Translations under genes and position numbers: made by a program
In this document: piece after piece, positions 32,101 to 45,000 of the stretch
How positions within the stretch are numbered: position 1 is the first letter of the stretch
Layout of the letters: the number at the start of each line of letters is the position of its first letter
Notes under the pieces: generated by a model
Database searches by the model: none
What the model was told of the DNA's origin: nothing
What the model saw: only the letters and a program-made list of their open reading frames with translations
Source: Tubulanus polymorphus
Taxonomy: Eukaryota > Animalia > Nemertea
Assembly (NCBI RefSeq): GCF_964204645.1
Contig: NC_134025.1
Coordinates: 6,448,001 to 6,512,000 of the forward strand
Reading direction: 5' to 3'
Length of the DNA stretch: 64,000 bases

Positions 32101-35100
32101 GGAATCCTGAAACTAAATCCAGACAAAAAAACATTTTTGTTCTTACCCAGAGTTTTGTAACGGTGATTTTGAAATCTCGTTAGCTATTTCTTCAGTTTCT
32201 TGTTCAATCTCGCCCTCCTGCTGTAGTTCTAATTCAGCCTGTAATCTCGCTACTGCTAACGTGTTATTTCGAGGCAGTCTACACTTTGATCTCGTCGACC
32301 GACGTTCACCGGTCGATGATTGACTGCTGTAATTGTCATCGGATGACTGTGCCGACGCTGAACTGATGTTTCTGACTTTTGATCGCGTTATTCTTCGACT
32401 TCCAGCTGGAGTTGCCTGTAAAAACAAACCACATGTAAACACGTATGTAATACCGAGTTCTCCTTCCATACTGTTCACTTCAGTCCAACTTACTGTATTG
32501 GCATTCATAGCTGATTCTGCTGTCTCTTCCCTATCTTCAGTTGTTGAATTTTTAGATTTCAATTTTAATCGCGATTTCGGTTTAGGATTCAATTTAGGTG
32601 ATATTGCCTGTAAAAAATGGCGATAATTTAAACACTCGACGACAGCAAAAATTTGTAAAAAAAAAGAGGTCTATGATAGTTGTGATAATGTGACATTACA
32701 AACTTGAAACTTACTTTGTCAACTTCCATTTCCTCAACATCAGCTTCGTCATCAGCATCTGAAGCTTTTTCATCCTCATCACTAACAGCTGAAACTACCA
32801 CATCAGCGCCGTCTTCATTTCTCTCGTCATCATTGAACATTTCTTCACTACTGACTGCCTCATCCTGAGAACTACTACTGGCGCCATTCGAAGATTCGAC
32901 AGGCAAGTCCGAAGATTTTGTGGTCAGCTTTGGACTGTCCAGATTATCAGTATTTGCTGGTGACTTTTGAACTAATCTTTCCACCACTGCACTTCGATTT
33001 AGATTCACACGTACCACACTCATTTTTTGTTTCGATAAACTGACGCGTGGTCCGGCGATGCTACTTTTACGCAATGATTTCGTATACGAAAACTTTGACG
33101 ATCGCGTACGCCTTCGTTGGGGAGATTCTTCAGCGGGCATATCGACTGCCTTGATTTGTTTGATTCGAGACTGCGAATGCTGTTGTTTTTCATGTGAAAA
33201 AGTAAGCGAAGCCTGTGATCGGTAAACAGGCGATCCGTGGTTAGGTTTATTATTCCTCACACTAATCGGCGTTCGAGACTTCGGAGTTTTTTCCGGCGTT
33301 TTCGCGCTGACAAACTCTTGATAAGCTTGAGCTTTAGCCTTGACGCTCAGAATGCTGTAATTCGCAGCGACTTTCGGACTATTTGGTACTACTCGAACAG
33401 AAGATTTTGGAGTCTGCTTTAATTTAACAGCATTTGGTGTCCGGGGCATATTATTAGTTCTGAACGGAGACCCAGATTTTTCACTAACAGAATTCAGTTT
33501 TACGTTTCGCTCTACAACTACTTTAACGTGATCAGATGATGAATCAGTTTTTTCACACTGCTCAATAATGTTTTTTCGCACCGACCGTTTCGCGGAACTA
33601 TCTTCGATAACTTTGCTGAGCACAACCACCGGGCTCATACAAACTTCATTATCTAATTCGACGATGGCAGCGGCGTGCGCGTCGCGTAACGCGCGATTAG
33701 AACGCGTGGTGCTGCCGCTGTTACTGCCGCGAGAGTTTTTACTACTGCGAGTACGGCTGGTTTTGCGCGGCGGTGTTTTCACGAAATCGTCATCGGATGA
33801 ATCTGCACGCGACGTTGTTTTTCGCGCCCGAGTTGAAGTTTTCTTCTTCATTGGTTGTGGAACATCTGTATCCATATCGCTGCTTTCTGTCTTCTTTCGA
33901 TTACGACTAGAAAATAAAACAATAATGTAGATATGATTATAGCTGAAATATATAAAAGCGTTACAAGGGTGGCCACTTTTATTTGACTTGCTTTTTCCCA
34001 ATTCATGCACGACACACATGTAGAGGTGTGGGTTGTTTTCCCTGAAATGATCTGCTACGAATCCAAACAATTTTATACACGTGAGACATAGACGGAAATT
34101 GTTTGATTTTAAGTACGATTTCAAAAATTGTCCCTGATTTTCTAAGCTATTCCCTTTTTACTTTCTCTTTTTTAAGGATAGAGAAAATTCCCCGACTTTT
34201 CCCTGATTTCCAGCTAAGTGGCCACCCATGAACGTTATAACACCAAATTAAATGCGGCCCAAGACAGATAAGAAAATGGTTCACTGCAAAACCTGCTTAA
34301 TCCTGATCCTTCAGAGCAGATTATCTGGTTTAAGGGTCTCGAGTAAACATATTCTACAAACACGACAGTGTTTAATGGGTTATTTAAATAATGGATTAAG
34401 TGGGTTTAAATGTATTTGTTTTTCTGTTCATTCGTTCATCAGTTCTTGACTCATCAGGGCCCAGTTCCACAGTTGTGAATTAGAGTCAACTGTTGAGTTA
34501 AAATTAGTTCATTTTCAATGTTTTAACTCAGAATCAAATCTTGACACACGAATGTGTGAATAACTGGTGGTTAGGATGTGTTAGTAGGTGACACTTTTTC
34601 AACTATATCTGACTTAGTCCGATTGTAACATACGTCTGGCGCTTTTTTGACGGTGGTTCATCATCATCTTCCTCATCAGCTGTGTTGACTCTTCCTCTTC
34701 GTCGCTTTGCAGACGGCGTCTTAGGTAGAAGATCGGGGTCAGGACTATATCATCGGATAGAAAGAATAATATTTTCATGAATGATGTTTTTGAGTGTTCA
34801 CGTTGGTTTGAGAAAAAGCATGACGAACTTCATGTGAGCGCCATAACCCACTATGATACTGTTTTCAATTCACTCACATTTAAATCATTCTTAATTGAAT
34901 TCAAATGCCTCTGTTAATAATTTGAGAAAAGCAGGGAAAAAATCCAAAAGCCTTTGAAGTTTGAAGCAGGATTTATTTTTCATTTGCCTGATGTGCCGTA
35001 GCTTAGCAAGCCACTCTGCTTAACACACAACTTTCCACCCCAACAAGATCACAGAAAGATTGTTTTCTTTAGTTAGTCATCTGATGAAGAAGGCCCCCTA

Positions 35101-35250
35101 CCTGGCAAATTTTTTCTTCGCCTCAATGAGCACTTCTTGCATCCAAAGAAAATGCTGTTCAACCGAATTGTTGAAATTCTCGAGTCCATCGTCATATTTT
35201 TTAACGAAACAGGATAAAACATCATCTAGTGTGGTCTTTGATGTTGACAT
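29114..35250 (-). CDS. INCENP: Inner centromere protein (chromosomal passenger complex), multi-exon
   Basis: N-terminal helix (HFLWMQEVLIEAKK) followed by PDLLPKTPSAKRR, a long S/T/K/R-rich disordered region and an E/R/K single alpha-helix. The C-terminal IN-box reads SYDISDIHSSDTDEEEAPRKEIPKWA...FKKRTSSANWGSP, with the TSS motif. Confidence 0.93.
29421..29733 (+). mobile_element. tRNA-derived SINE in the last INCENP intron
   Basis: A box tggccgagtgg (29432) and B box ggttcgaaccc (29476). Central gtgtcctcgggcaagacactt...ccacccaggagtaaatgggtacc domain. 3' aaagcgctctgag and (tta)-like tail. Confidence 0.85.
32013..32073. repeat. Perfect 30-bp inverted repeat with a 1-nt spacer (INCENP intron)
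   Basis: attatttttcccatcatttacatttcatta-t-taatgaaatgtaaatgatgggaaaaataat. Confidence 0.95.
33964..34230. mobile_element. hAT-like MITE in an INCENP intron
   Basis: TIRs caagggtggccactt / aagtggccacccatg (1 mismatch), internal repeats of tccctga, and a degenerate TSD aagcgtta / aacgtta. Confidence 0.6.
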
Positions 35251-35519
35251 TATTCTTATTTTCCGCCGCGGACGTCCGGTGTCGAAATTCGAATTATTTT
35301 TGTCGAATGTCGGGGGTACGTCTACGACGCCCTCAAATTCAAATTGCTCAAACCCTACAAATAAATAGGAAAATACTTAAAGAAAATAAGGCCTAGCCAC
35401 ACCTTTTGTCTGAAGAGTTAAAGACAATCAAAAGTGTCAATATTTCAGTTCATATACCGCAAATAACTTACCCGATCTACCCAATCTGAAAAAGAAAAAG
35501 GATGAAAAACCGCACGGAA

Positions 35520-35580
35520 CGTATCTTCAAATCACCGCCATTAGATATTCAGCCAATCAGAGATTACATCCGGCAATCAA
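35520..35580 (-). promoter_or_regulatory. CCAAT box plus CDE/CHR-like cell-cycle element upstream of INCENP
   Basis: Minus strand TGGCGGTGATTTGAA (CHR TTTGAA at 35526-31), CCAAT at 35553-57, and a 5'-UTR donor cgg|gtaagt at ~35471. Confidence 0.55.
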
Positions 35581-36023
35581 TTGAATTCCTATCTATTAGT
35601 CGGTATACGGCCTCGGACTCGGCGCCGGCCCAGTCACCGGCCGCTCAGTGGCACTTCCAAAAAAGAGAACCCTATCGTCTATTCACGGAAAGTACTATAC
35701 TTGGTGTGAGATTTTCCCAAGGGGATTAACGGCACTATCCATTATGCACAGGACATGCGTTATTTGAAATGTTGCTGTTTTGCCATCATAAAACAATATT
35801 CATAGAGAATATCAAAGTATCTAAATGTACATCAACATGGTCAACATCCTCTGTTTAAAAAGTTCTGATCGAAATTCTGCCAACACAATCATAATGACTG
35901 AATCAGTAACAACACAGAAATTGCTTAGATATCAAATAATATGATTTATTCACATATCCAATATTTCATACAAATGTAATTCCGTAAAATTTACAGCCCC
36001 TAAAATTCTCAGATGTATTAATA

Positions 36024-39000
36024 TCATCTATCAGCAGCAGATATTAATTCAAACCATTGTCTCAGAGCATCTGCTAATGTGTGTGGGAGAGCATTTATAT
36101 CACGTAAGATGATATAAAATGGAAACGGAAACTGTTCCATGTAAGAGCGTATTTCTGGCATTTGTCCTGCTCCTTTAAAAATCGGCACCTTGATGTCCAT
36201 TATTGAATTCTACAATGTATAAAGACGATAACATATAATGAGTCGAGAAGATACACAATATCCGTGTAAGATGGATAATGAGAGAAATCCCACAATAATT
36301 CAGTCAAAGATGAAAAGTTCTTGAATAGAACTATTCAAGAACTGAATTATTGTGAGATTTCTCTCGATAAGACATAATGTTGTCGAGTACATAGGCCTAT
36401 ATAGTCAAATCTCGATTTGTTCTATCTGGATTAGGTACATTAATGTAGGCCATGCCACTTTCTTTTACCTTATTATTGGGATTATCTAAAATAACGAACA
36501 CAAGGAACAGATTTGCCTCTCGAGCTTGTTGTACAGCACGTAATACAACATCCATGCCCTCCAAAAACAATCCACGTCCATCTGATACTATCAGTACTAA
36601 TTGTGATATCTCTTGTGTAGCCGGTCCTTGTTGATGTTCACGTGCATTTAACATAATACCAGTAACATCCTTCATAAACTGAGAATAAAAGAAATACGAA
36701 CATAGTCCTGTAGCACCACTCCACATGAAAGTCTCAAAAATTCTGAAAATGCATCAGAACTGAATTTAATGTAATTTACAAACCTCTGCAATTTTCGTTT
36801 TGTGTTGCTCGAATGTAAATTGTTGTAGTAAGCTGGCACCTGATTGATTCGAAAATTGTTCATGGAATGGATGAAGAAGCTGTGTTGATTCACCAAAACT
36901 AGCAAAAAATTGAAAATACATGTAAATGTATGAAGATTTAAATTCAAATAGATTTTTGTGTGGGCTTACCAGTACAAATATATGGAATATGAAGCTCACC
37001 TACAAATAGCTAGTTCCCCGGCTTCCAGCAAAGTCAATGCATTTGCAATTGTGGCCAGTGACTCGAAGGCAAGCTGTTAAAATAACAAACATTCTCATAA
37101 TTTCTAATCTACAGGTGGAACTAAGGCATATATTAAAATGCAAAATACATCACCTGTTTAGAATGATTATCTGCCATACTTGATGAATCATCAACAGCCA
37201 GTAAGATCTGATATTGTCGTTTACTGGGTTTCGTTCTTCTCAACCAAATCTTATCTTTACGAAACTGACTAGCAATATATGGAATGACTTTACGCATATT
37301 GAGACGTTTTCCTGTTCGATAATCACCCCTGCAAAACAAACGTTTTTGAAACTACAGTATCTGTTAGTTTACACATTATAGTTAAGTTTGTGGTAAAAAT
37401 CAGTTTTCATTCAAACCAGTGTCAGTAACCAGTAGCCAGTGAACATAATGAAAAACCTACTTTAGTTTAGTGCACCGGGAGGGTTCTAAAACTAAACGCA
37501 ATTGTTCACATAATTCCTGCGAGAGACTAGACGTAACGGCATCGTATTTGTACCACAGTTCTTCGGCTTCCCTTGCCTGAAATAACATGAAACATTAGAT
37601 GCAAAACTTCACCCGCTTTTTGCATAGTATCTTGCACAGTTGTGTCAATCAATAGATCCAAATAGTCTAGATATAATTTACCTGTTCCGGAGAATATCCT
37701 GAAGGTCGTTGCCACATGGTAAAAGATGATTCAAGTTCATTTCGTAATTTTTCAACATCATGTCCCTAAAAACAGTGGAACAATCCTTTATTATGAAACT
37801 CAATGAGAGTTTGTCATTCTAAATACAGTTTTAATTTACCATTAAAGGAGTCATTTTATCTAATGCTGTATGAAATGAAGTATTTCCAGGAGCAACTGAC
37901 ATAGTAATCATATTTTCCCCCTCAATTGTCGATGCCTGGTTTCCTTCATCAGCAACAGACTCCTCGCCATGTTCATTCTCTGCACTCTTCTTTTCTTTTA
38001 ACTTCATCGCTGAGAGTTTCTTTTCAACTGTTTCATCCTTCAAAAGACCAAATTCAAAGCATTTCAAGAACATATAAAGTGCATATAAAATGAATGTATA
38101 CCACATGTAGTGTAGGTAATCATCAAAGCTTACTCACAGTACACTTCTCATCATCTTGTGGTTGCATATTCTCGTCATCAGGACCAACCTCTTCAGCATC
38201 TTCATCCTCCATCGCTGGAATCGGTTGTTGATCCAGTTGCTCAGCTGTTGCAGCATCTAAAGTTTGTGCATCGTATTGGGATACTGCTTTATTGATGTGT
38301 TCATACAGATCTGATTCTTGTTTATCATCAGACACCTAAAACGAGATATTAGTACAATATGTTTAAATGACATATCATGAACAATTAATTCTTCATGGTT
38401 TTAAATTTCGAAATATTACCTGATCTGATTGATCATCCAGTTTTGTGTCTATTGTTTGTAATCGTTTAATTTTCTCATCCGTTGAGCCCATGGTTCGGTC
38501 TGCATCACTTTGACCAGGTTTACGTTTTTGTGGCTGAAATCAAACATTTTTAATAAACATTAAGATTTCCATAATTATTCATGCACCCACTTGATGGATA
38601 TCAGTAACTAAGCCGACTGACCTTATTTCTCTGTTTATTTTCCTGTCCACGAGCAGCTTGTTGAGAAGTGGAACCTTCATGACCGAGCATGTCATCTGCT
38701 TCTGCTGTACCATTACCTTCATTCTAAATAATTGAAATTAACCAAGTCAGAATTTAAATGACATCGGTGGAACTGGATCCTGATATCTTTATCAATGATT
38801 ATGCTGTACCTCTTCAGTTTCATCAGTTTTTCCTGCACTATCTTGAGCTGATTCACTCTGTTCTGCAGCTTGGACATCATGATCTTTCTTCCCATATGCT
38901 TCAGTTACTGTATTATCTTCATCATTGTTTTCTTCAGCACCATTCTTTCCTTCATCACCTTGATCTTCTTCATCAACCTTTTCATCAATCTGGTCATATC

Positions 39001-42000
39001 AATAAAAGCAACACTGATTAACTATCAGGGTGTCAAAAGCAATTCAAACTCAACATCCTAGATTAATTGCATATCTTACCTGTGGTTGAACACCAGTTTC
39101 TCTGCTTTCATCATCATTTTCAGGTTTCTCTTCTATATCCAAAGACTCATCCTCCTCAGCTGACTTTTTGCCATCCTAGAGTTAAGTAGTACCCATTAAA
39201 AGGTATAAAGGTTTTTGTTAGAAATAACCAACCAGTATCACAATCATGAAAAAAACGCCAGAAAATTATGCCACACCTGTTCTTCCTCTTTGCCTTCCTC
39301 TTTGTTGTCCTCTTCTAATTCATCTCCATCCTTTTCTTCATTCTTATCTTGAGCATTCTCATCTTCATTCATTTCCGCATCTATATCCTCACCCTGATTT
39401 TCTGGTTGATCCAAGTTATCTATATCCATTGGATTTTCACCTACAAACAAAACATTAAACATTTATATCGTTTTTAATTTACTTGAGCAGGGGGCACAAT
39501 ATTTATGATGATGCTCACCCTGTTCTTTATTTTCTTCGTCTTGTTCATTTTCTTCATCATCCAACTGTAAATCCTCAGGTAAATCTAAAGCCTCAGGTTC
39601 TGGAACCTCCTTATCTTTACCATGATATGGATCAGTTTGATTTTCATCATATTCCTAAAAGGTTTATTGAATGAAATGAACAATAGTGAACAATGCAGTG
39701 TTGCAAAACACTTTATTCTCCTTGAATAACTACCTCATCCATAGGTTCTTGTTCATTAATCTTCTCTTCTTGTTGCTCCTCATCTGCAGGTTGATTTTCG
39801 GGTTGATTTTCAGTCTCGGATTTATCTGAATCCTCTTTAGCTACAACCTGACTCTCCTCCTGTTGTCCAGATCCAGGTCCAACTTCTTCCTTTTTATCTT
39901 CCTACAAATGAAAAATGGTTCCTCCAATATTCTGGGGTTACAATTAATGAAATAACAATAAGATTACAAAGTCTTACCTTCTGTTCTTGTTCTTCTGGTT
40001 CCTCATCATCACTTCCCCAAACTTGATCATCCAACTTATCAGCATTTTCATCATCAACATCACCCATCTGTTTATCTATCTTATTTTCAACATCCTCATC
40101 ATCATCTTCAGAATTCTCGTTTTCATCCTCTTCTAAATGAAGACAAGAATTATTTTAGTCCCACAAGTCAGATAGAAAATGTGATATCAGTTATCAAAGA
40201 ATCAACCTACTTGAGGGATCTAGATTATGCAATTTTCCTTCAAAGTCATCAGACATTTCAATGGCATTGTCTTCATCAGGTACATCCGGTTTTTCATCAG
40301 GATCAGCTTTTTCATCTTCTTCCCCAGCCTTTTTCAATTCCTCTAACTTAACAAACCAAGTAAGCCAACATTCAGGATAAAGCATTATAAAGAACATACC
40401 GGTAACGTTTCAGCAATTGTCTCTTACCTGATCTTCTGTTTCAATCTGATCACTGACATCTTTCTGCCCCTGTCCTTCACCCATACCAGCATTTTCCATA
40501 TCTTCAAATTTAGTGGCACCATCTCCAGCTAATTCATCACTCATTTCAGCAGGCAAACAAAATCCCTACAGAAGACATACAAATATTCAATGAAACGCAT
40601 GATTGCAAGGCATATCGACACCTAACTAGATAATGTATATCTTTGATCTTACTTTTTGGATTATTTCGGAAAATATTCCTAATAGAACAGATAGTAATTT
40701 ACAGCTTGTTCTGTAGGTGGCAGTGCACTGAGTAATACAGTATTGTACGAGTAGAGTATACTGTTTAACTAGGGGAATCAAGTTCAACAGTAAACCAGTA
40801 CAATAGTTTGAATGATTGAGCTCTCCAGTATCAGACAACGAGATGATACCCTGGACTAATTCTTCCATGGTGCTGGTAATCTGAAAAAATATAATACATG
40901 GTATTCCATGGAAAGGCCTTTATTACATGAACCTCTGATGATTTCACAATTGAAAGAACATAAGGAAAATTCAAAAGAAATACCTGAAGAAGATTCAAAA
41001 GTTCTATGTCTTTCATTAGTTGTTTATGAAGCAGTTTTGAAAGATGACCATCCTCTACAGTATCCTCATCTGCATCTGTTTGCTCAGAAACAGGATGACA
41101 TTTCAGCAAATGTTGGACTACTAATAGTATATTCGTAGCCAGATTCTCTGTGTTTACTGTGAATTCTTTGACTGACTGTGAATCACTCATTAATTGATCA
41201 CTTGATTTACTATTGTCTGGCAGTTGGAGTACATTTAGCTCTTCATTCCATTTGGAAAACTCTGAAAGTTCCTGAAAATAAAGAATGAAACTGCATGTAA
41301 ATGTGAAAAAAATTTGAACCTGTAAGACATTTCAATAATAATCAGTGTATAAATCATTGTACCTGACACAATGTTTTACGAAGGTAAGTCAAGGTCTTGC
41401 TGAGACAAGTTCTGTCTGCAAATATCTCTTCTATATGCTGCAATTTACTTGAAGAGCTTTTCAGTTTTTCAAATCCTGATTTAATCACTTCATACACACT
41501 CCTACAGAAATAATAATGGTTTGTATGAAGTCAGTGTCGAGAAATTTACACAGTAACACGAAGATTGTGAAATCAGTTACCATGTTAATAGACTAGAATT
41601 TTTCACTTTGACTAATTGCTGTTTAACAGTTTGAACCTCCTCAAGTATTTCCTAAAAGAGAAAAATTCATCATATCAGTGGCACTGAAAGCATTTGTATT
41701 TATGGGAACATTGTTGACAGCTCACCTTGATACACTGTTGTATATTCATATGTCTCTCATCACCACGGACCAAGCTTGCAGCTGCAGATTGATAGACTGA
41801 TGGATATGGATTGACAGCCTCCGAAGAAGCAGGAACAGCATCCAGCAATACGAGAAACTGGTTTAATCCTTCATCAAACTGGTGAATGACTGTCTCTAAC
41901 CTTCCCTGAATAATGAAAATAAACCAAGCATTCATTGATACATTTTTCTCCAGATTATTCAAGTGACAAGGGAAACAAATGATTTCTACCTTCTCACGCT

Positions 42001-45000
42001 GCAGACTCCTCTGTGGGGGCAAACGTGTAATTTTAGATTCAGTTTTCCTAACTTCCTCAAGATCAGACAACTGTGTTCTATAACATATGGGACATGTAAA
42101 TGAATGAAAACCATTGAAATATATTCTGCAGCTTAAGCAGCTTAGGATCTTCTTTTATACCTTAAATTGAGAAACTGCTCAGCAGCTTTCTGTAATACGT
42201 TCTGTTGCGAACAGCAGAGAGTGAGTAAGTTCTCAGTGAAACCCTTACATCGATCAATCTCAGATGGACCGAGTTCTTTACTAGGAGTCTGTAAACTTGT
42301 GTGCAGTAAAGCTCGTCGTGCAATACAACGGCAAAAATATTTCTGACATCCTTCCCAGGTTGATAATAATTCATCATCACATCTACGATTAAATTAGAGT
42401 TGTACATGCTGTATTCAATCAACAACAAAAGTATATATAAACTACATACACATGTATTTGGATTTTTATTTATTTTACCTCTGATGTATAATTGATAGAA
42501 GAGCAGCCTGCAGGTCAAGTACTGGACAAGTCATCAGATCACTATTAGATCTACCTTCCAATTCTATAATACCTTTTCTGTAGGACAAACCTATGAAACA
42601 TGATTCGACATTTACTACTGCATTCAATTGATAGATAAATACAGAATGTATAGTTGCATGAAATAACTACTATTCACCTAAAGTAGTCAAGTATTTGAAA
42701 AGTTCAGCCAGTGCTTTTCGTTTCCTAAGATTAAGATGTTTTGCTTCGGCTTTCTGTTTTTCTTTATCTCCAACCTTAAGAAATACATGTAAATTACCAG
42801 TAATTAGTAAGACACAAAAAATTAAAATGAACTTTCAACCTCACAGTTTTGCACTTTTTCAATCAATCTTACCTGTGTAAGATCCGCAGCCTGAAGTTCA
42901 TGAACAGTGCTAATAATATCCCCAGTGAATTGGTCAACTGATTCTATCATTGATTTATAGTTGCATTGAATGAAGATGCTCCTACAATGTTTCATCATAC
43001 GAGATTGTAGAGATGGTAGCCTATTCAACACACTTCCTTCTTCAGTTGAGAGCACACTCTGAAACGTAATCATCAAAATATACATCTGCAACGCTTCTAA
43101 TTAAATACAGAATTAATGTGAAATAATGTGGAAATTTACCAATATCATCTCAGATGTTATATAAAGATTAACATCTGTGACGGGAATTTTGATCTTTTTC
43201 TCTGAAAGTGATTCTTTTTGGTCAATGAGAAGTGTTCTAACAGGTTGATGTAACACGGTTTCGTATTGTTTCATATGTTTTTGCAATGTGCGATGAGTTT
43301 TTTCAGCAGCTTGTTTCATCGCCCAAAAATTGATGTCATTCCATCGAGCTATTTTGACATAACCCTACAATGAAAAAAAATTATTTCTGTGTATTTCTAT
43401 CTATCTAACTGATGCAACACCAATACAAAGAAATAACTAAACAACCAACAAACCTTGAGTTCTTTCTCAATGGGAGAACGTAAGCTGGCAATCTTAGCAT
43501 CAACATTTGTTTGAAATTGTGAATAAAACTGGTAAAGATTCCACAGTATAGTCTGTGCATTTTCTGGAAAAAAAGAAAACACCATTCAATATAATCAGTT
43601 TTTGGATAATATGATATTGATTGAGCTGATGGAGGAATTCTTATTGCACACCCATTTGTCTTGTATGTACTGCTTGCATTGAAACTAGATGACAGTGAAA
43701 TGTGTATAGGTACTGTAGACGTGTTTCATACTCTCCAAGAACTGAAGTTTCCATGAAATTTTGTAATGCTTCAACTAATTTCCTGACTCCATCCTGAAAC
43801 AGTAATCATCATCAGATATAAACTTATAAACTACAAAGAAATGAGCAAAAAATGAATCTACATTTGTAGTTAACTTTTTTGGTTAGACGTTACCTCAATC
43901 CATTCATCTGTACATGCAATATAGCCATGAAGAACTTGATGTAAATGGAACCACCATTTACTAGCCTTCTCACGAACTCTCCAAGAAACCATATCTAAAC
44001 AACTCCTCCAACATCTGAAAAATTACAGTTTTTCATCTTCATTAGTTTAATACAAAAGAAAAGAACAAGCAATAATACTAGATCAGTAGAAATAATGAAT
44101 ACTGCAATGATGAACATTCTTATTCTCACTTAAGTTCATATCTTCTGTATTGTATAAGTAGCTGTGATATGGAATCGATATGAGACCGCAGTGAGACGTG
44201 TCTCGCTGCGTTTGTCTCCCAATCCTGCAATTTCTGAAGGAGCACATCAATTCCGGCCACAAGTTTCATCAATGGACTCGTAATAGTAAATGACAGAATA
44301 CGATTTATTACATCAACTATCTGAAATAGCAAAAAACCAATTTCAAATCATATTCAACCTTTGTTAGAGATATCTAATGTTGGAAATTTGAGATATAGTT
44401 TTTACCTGTTTCAGGGCAGGGTGGTCAGGCCATTCTAACAGAAGTTCCTGCACTCTAGAGTTCAATAAGTACAGTAATGGTCTACACTGTACAACCTCTG
44501 CAATGTTTGGATCATGATAAACATCGTAGGGTTTCTGCGATGATGAGTTTTCTAACTGCTCCTGCGTTGAGTGTTCCAAAGTGTTTAGCACAATCAAATG
44601 ACTCGCCAATAATTCATCATCTGTTTGGGGATCTATAACATAAAATTCGAATCTGATAATGTTAAAGATTCTATGGCTTAGCAGCAGGAATCAACCTCGT
44701 GAATCCTCATGAATCCTCGCTTACCAATATCGATGATCCGGTTTTTTACAACCGAACAAGCATTTTGATAGCCAAGCATCAATGGCTGTCGAAAGTCTTT
44801 GTTTTGGTTTGATGTTCTCTTCTGTAGCCATGATGACTGCGTGTAAGGCACAATGATTTCATAGTGCATATCACTAACAAATTTCATATCAGCAGCTGAC
44901 ACTTCAAATACTGAATTATCTTCTTCAGATTCAGTATCCCCGGAAATAGGTGGACTTGTATCTAGTTTGCCTTGGTTTATCAGATCTGCCATTTCCTACA

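Noticed and set aside
33910-34124. N-terminal part of the 498-aa ORF 32628..34124
   Set aside because: Intronic read-through into a MITE. The INCENP exon begins at an acceptor near 33908.
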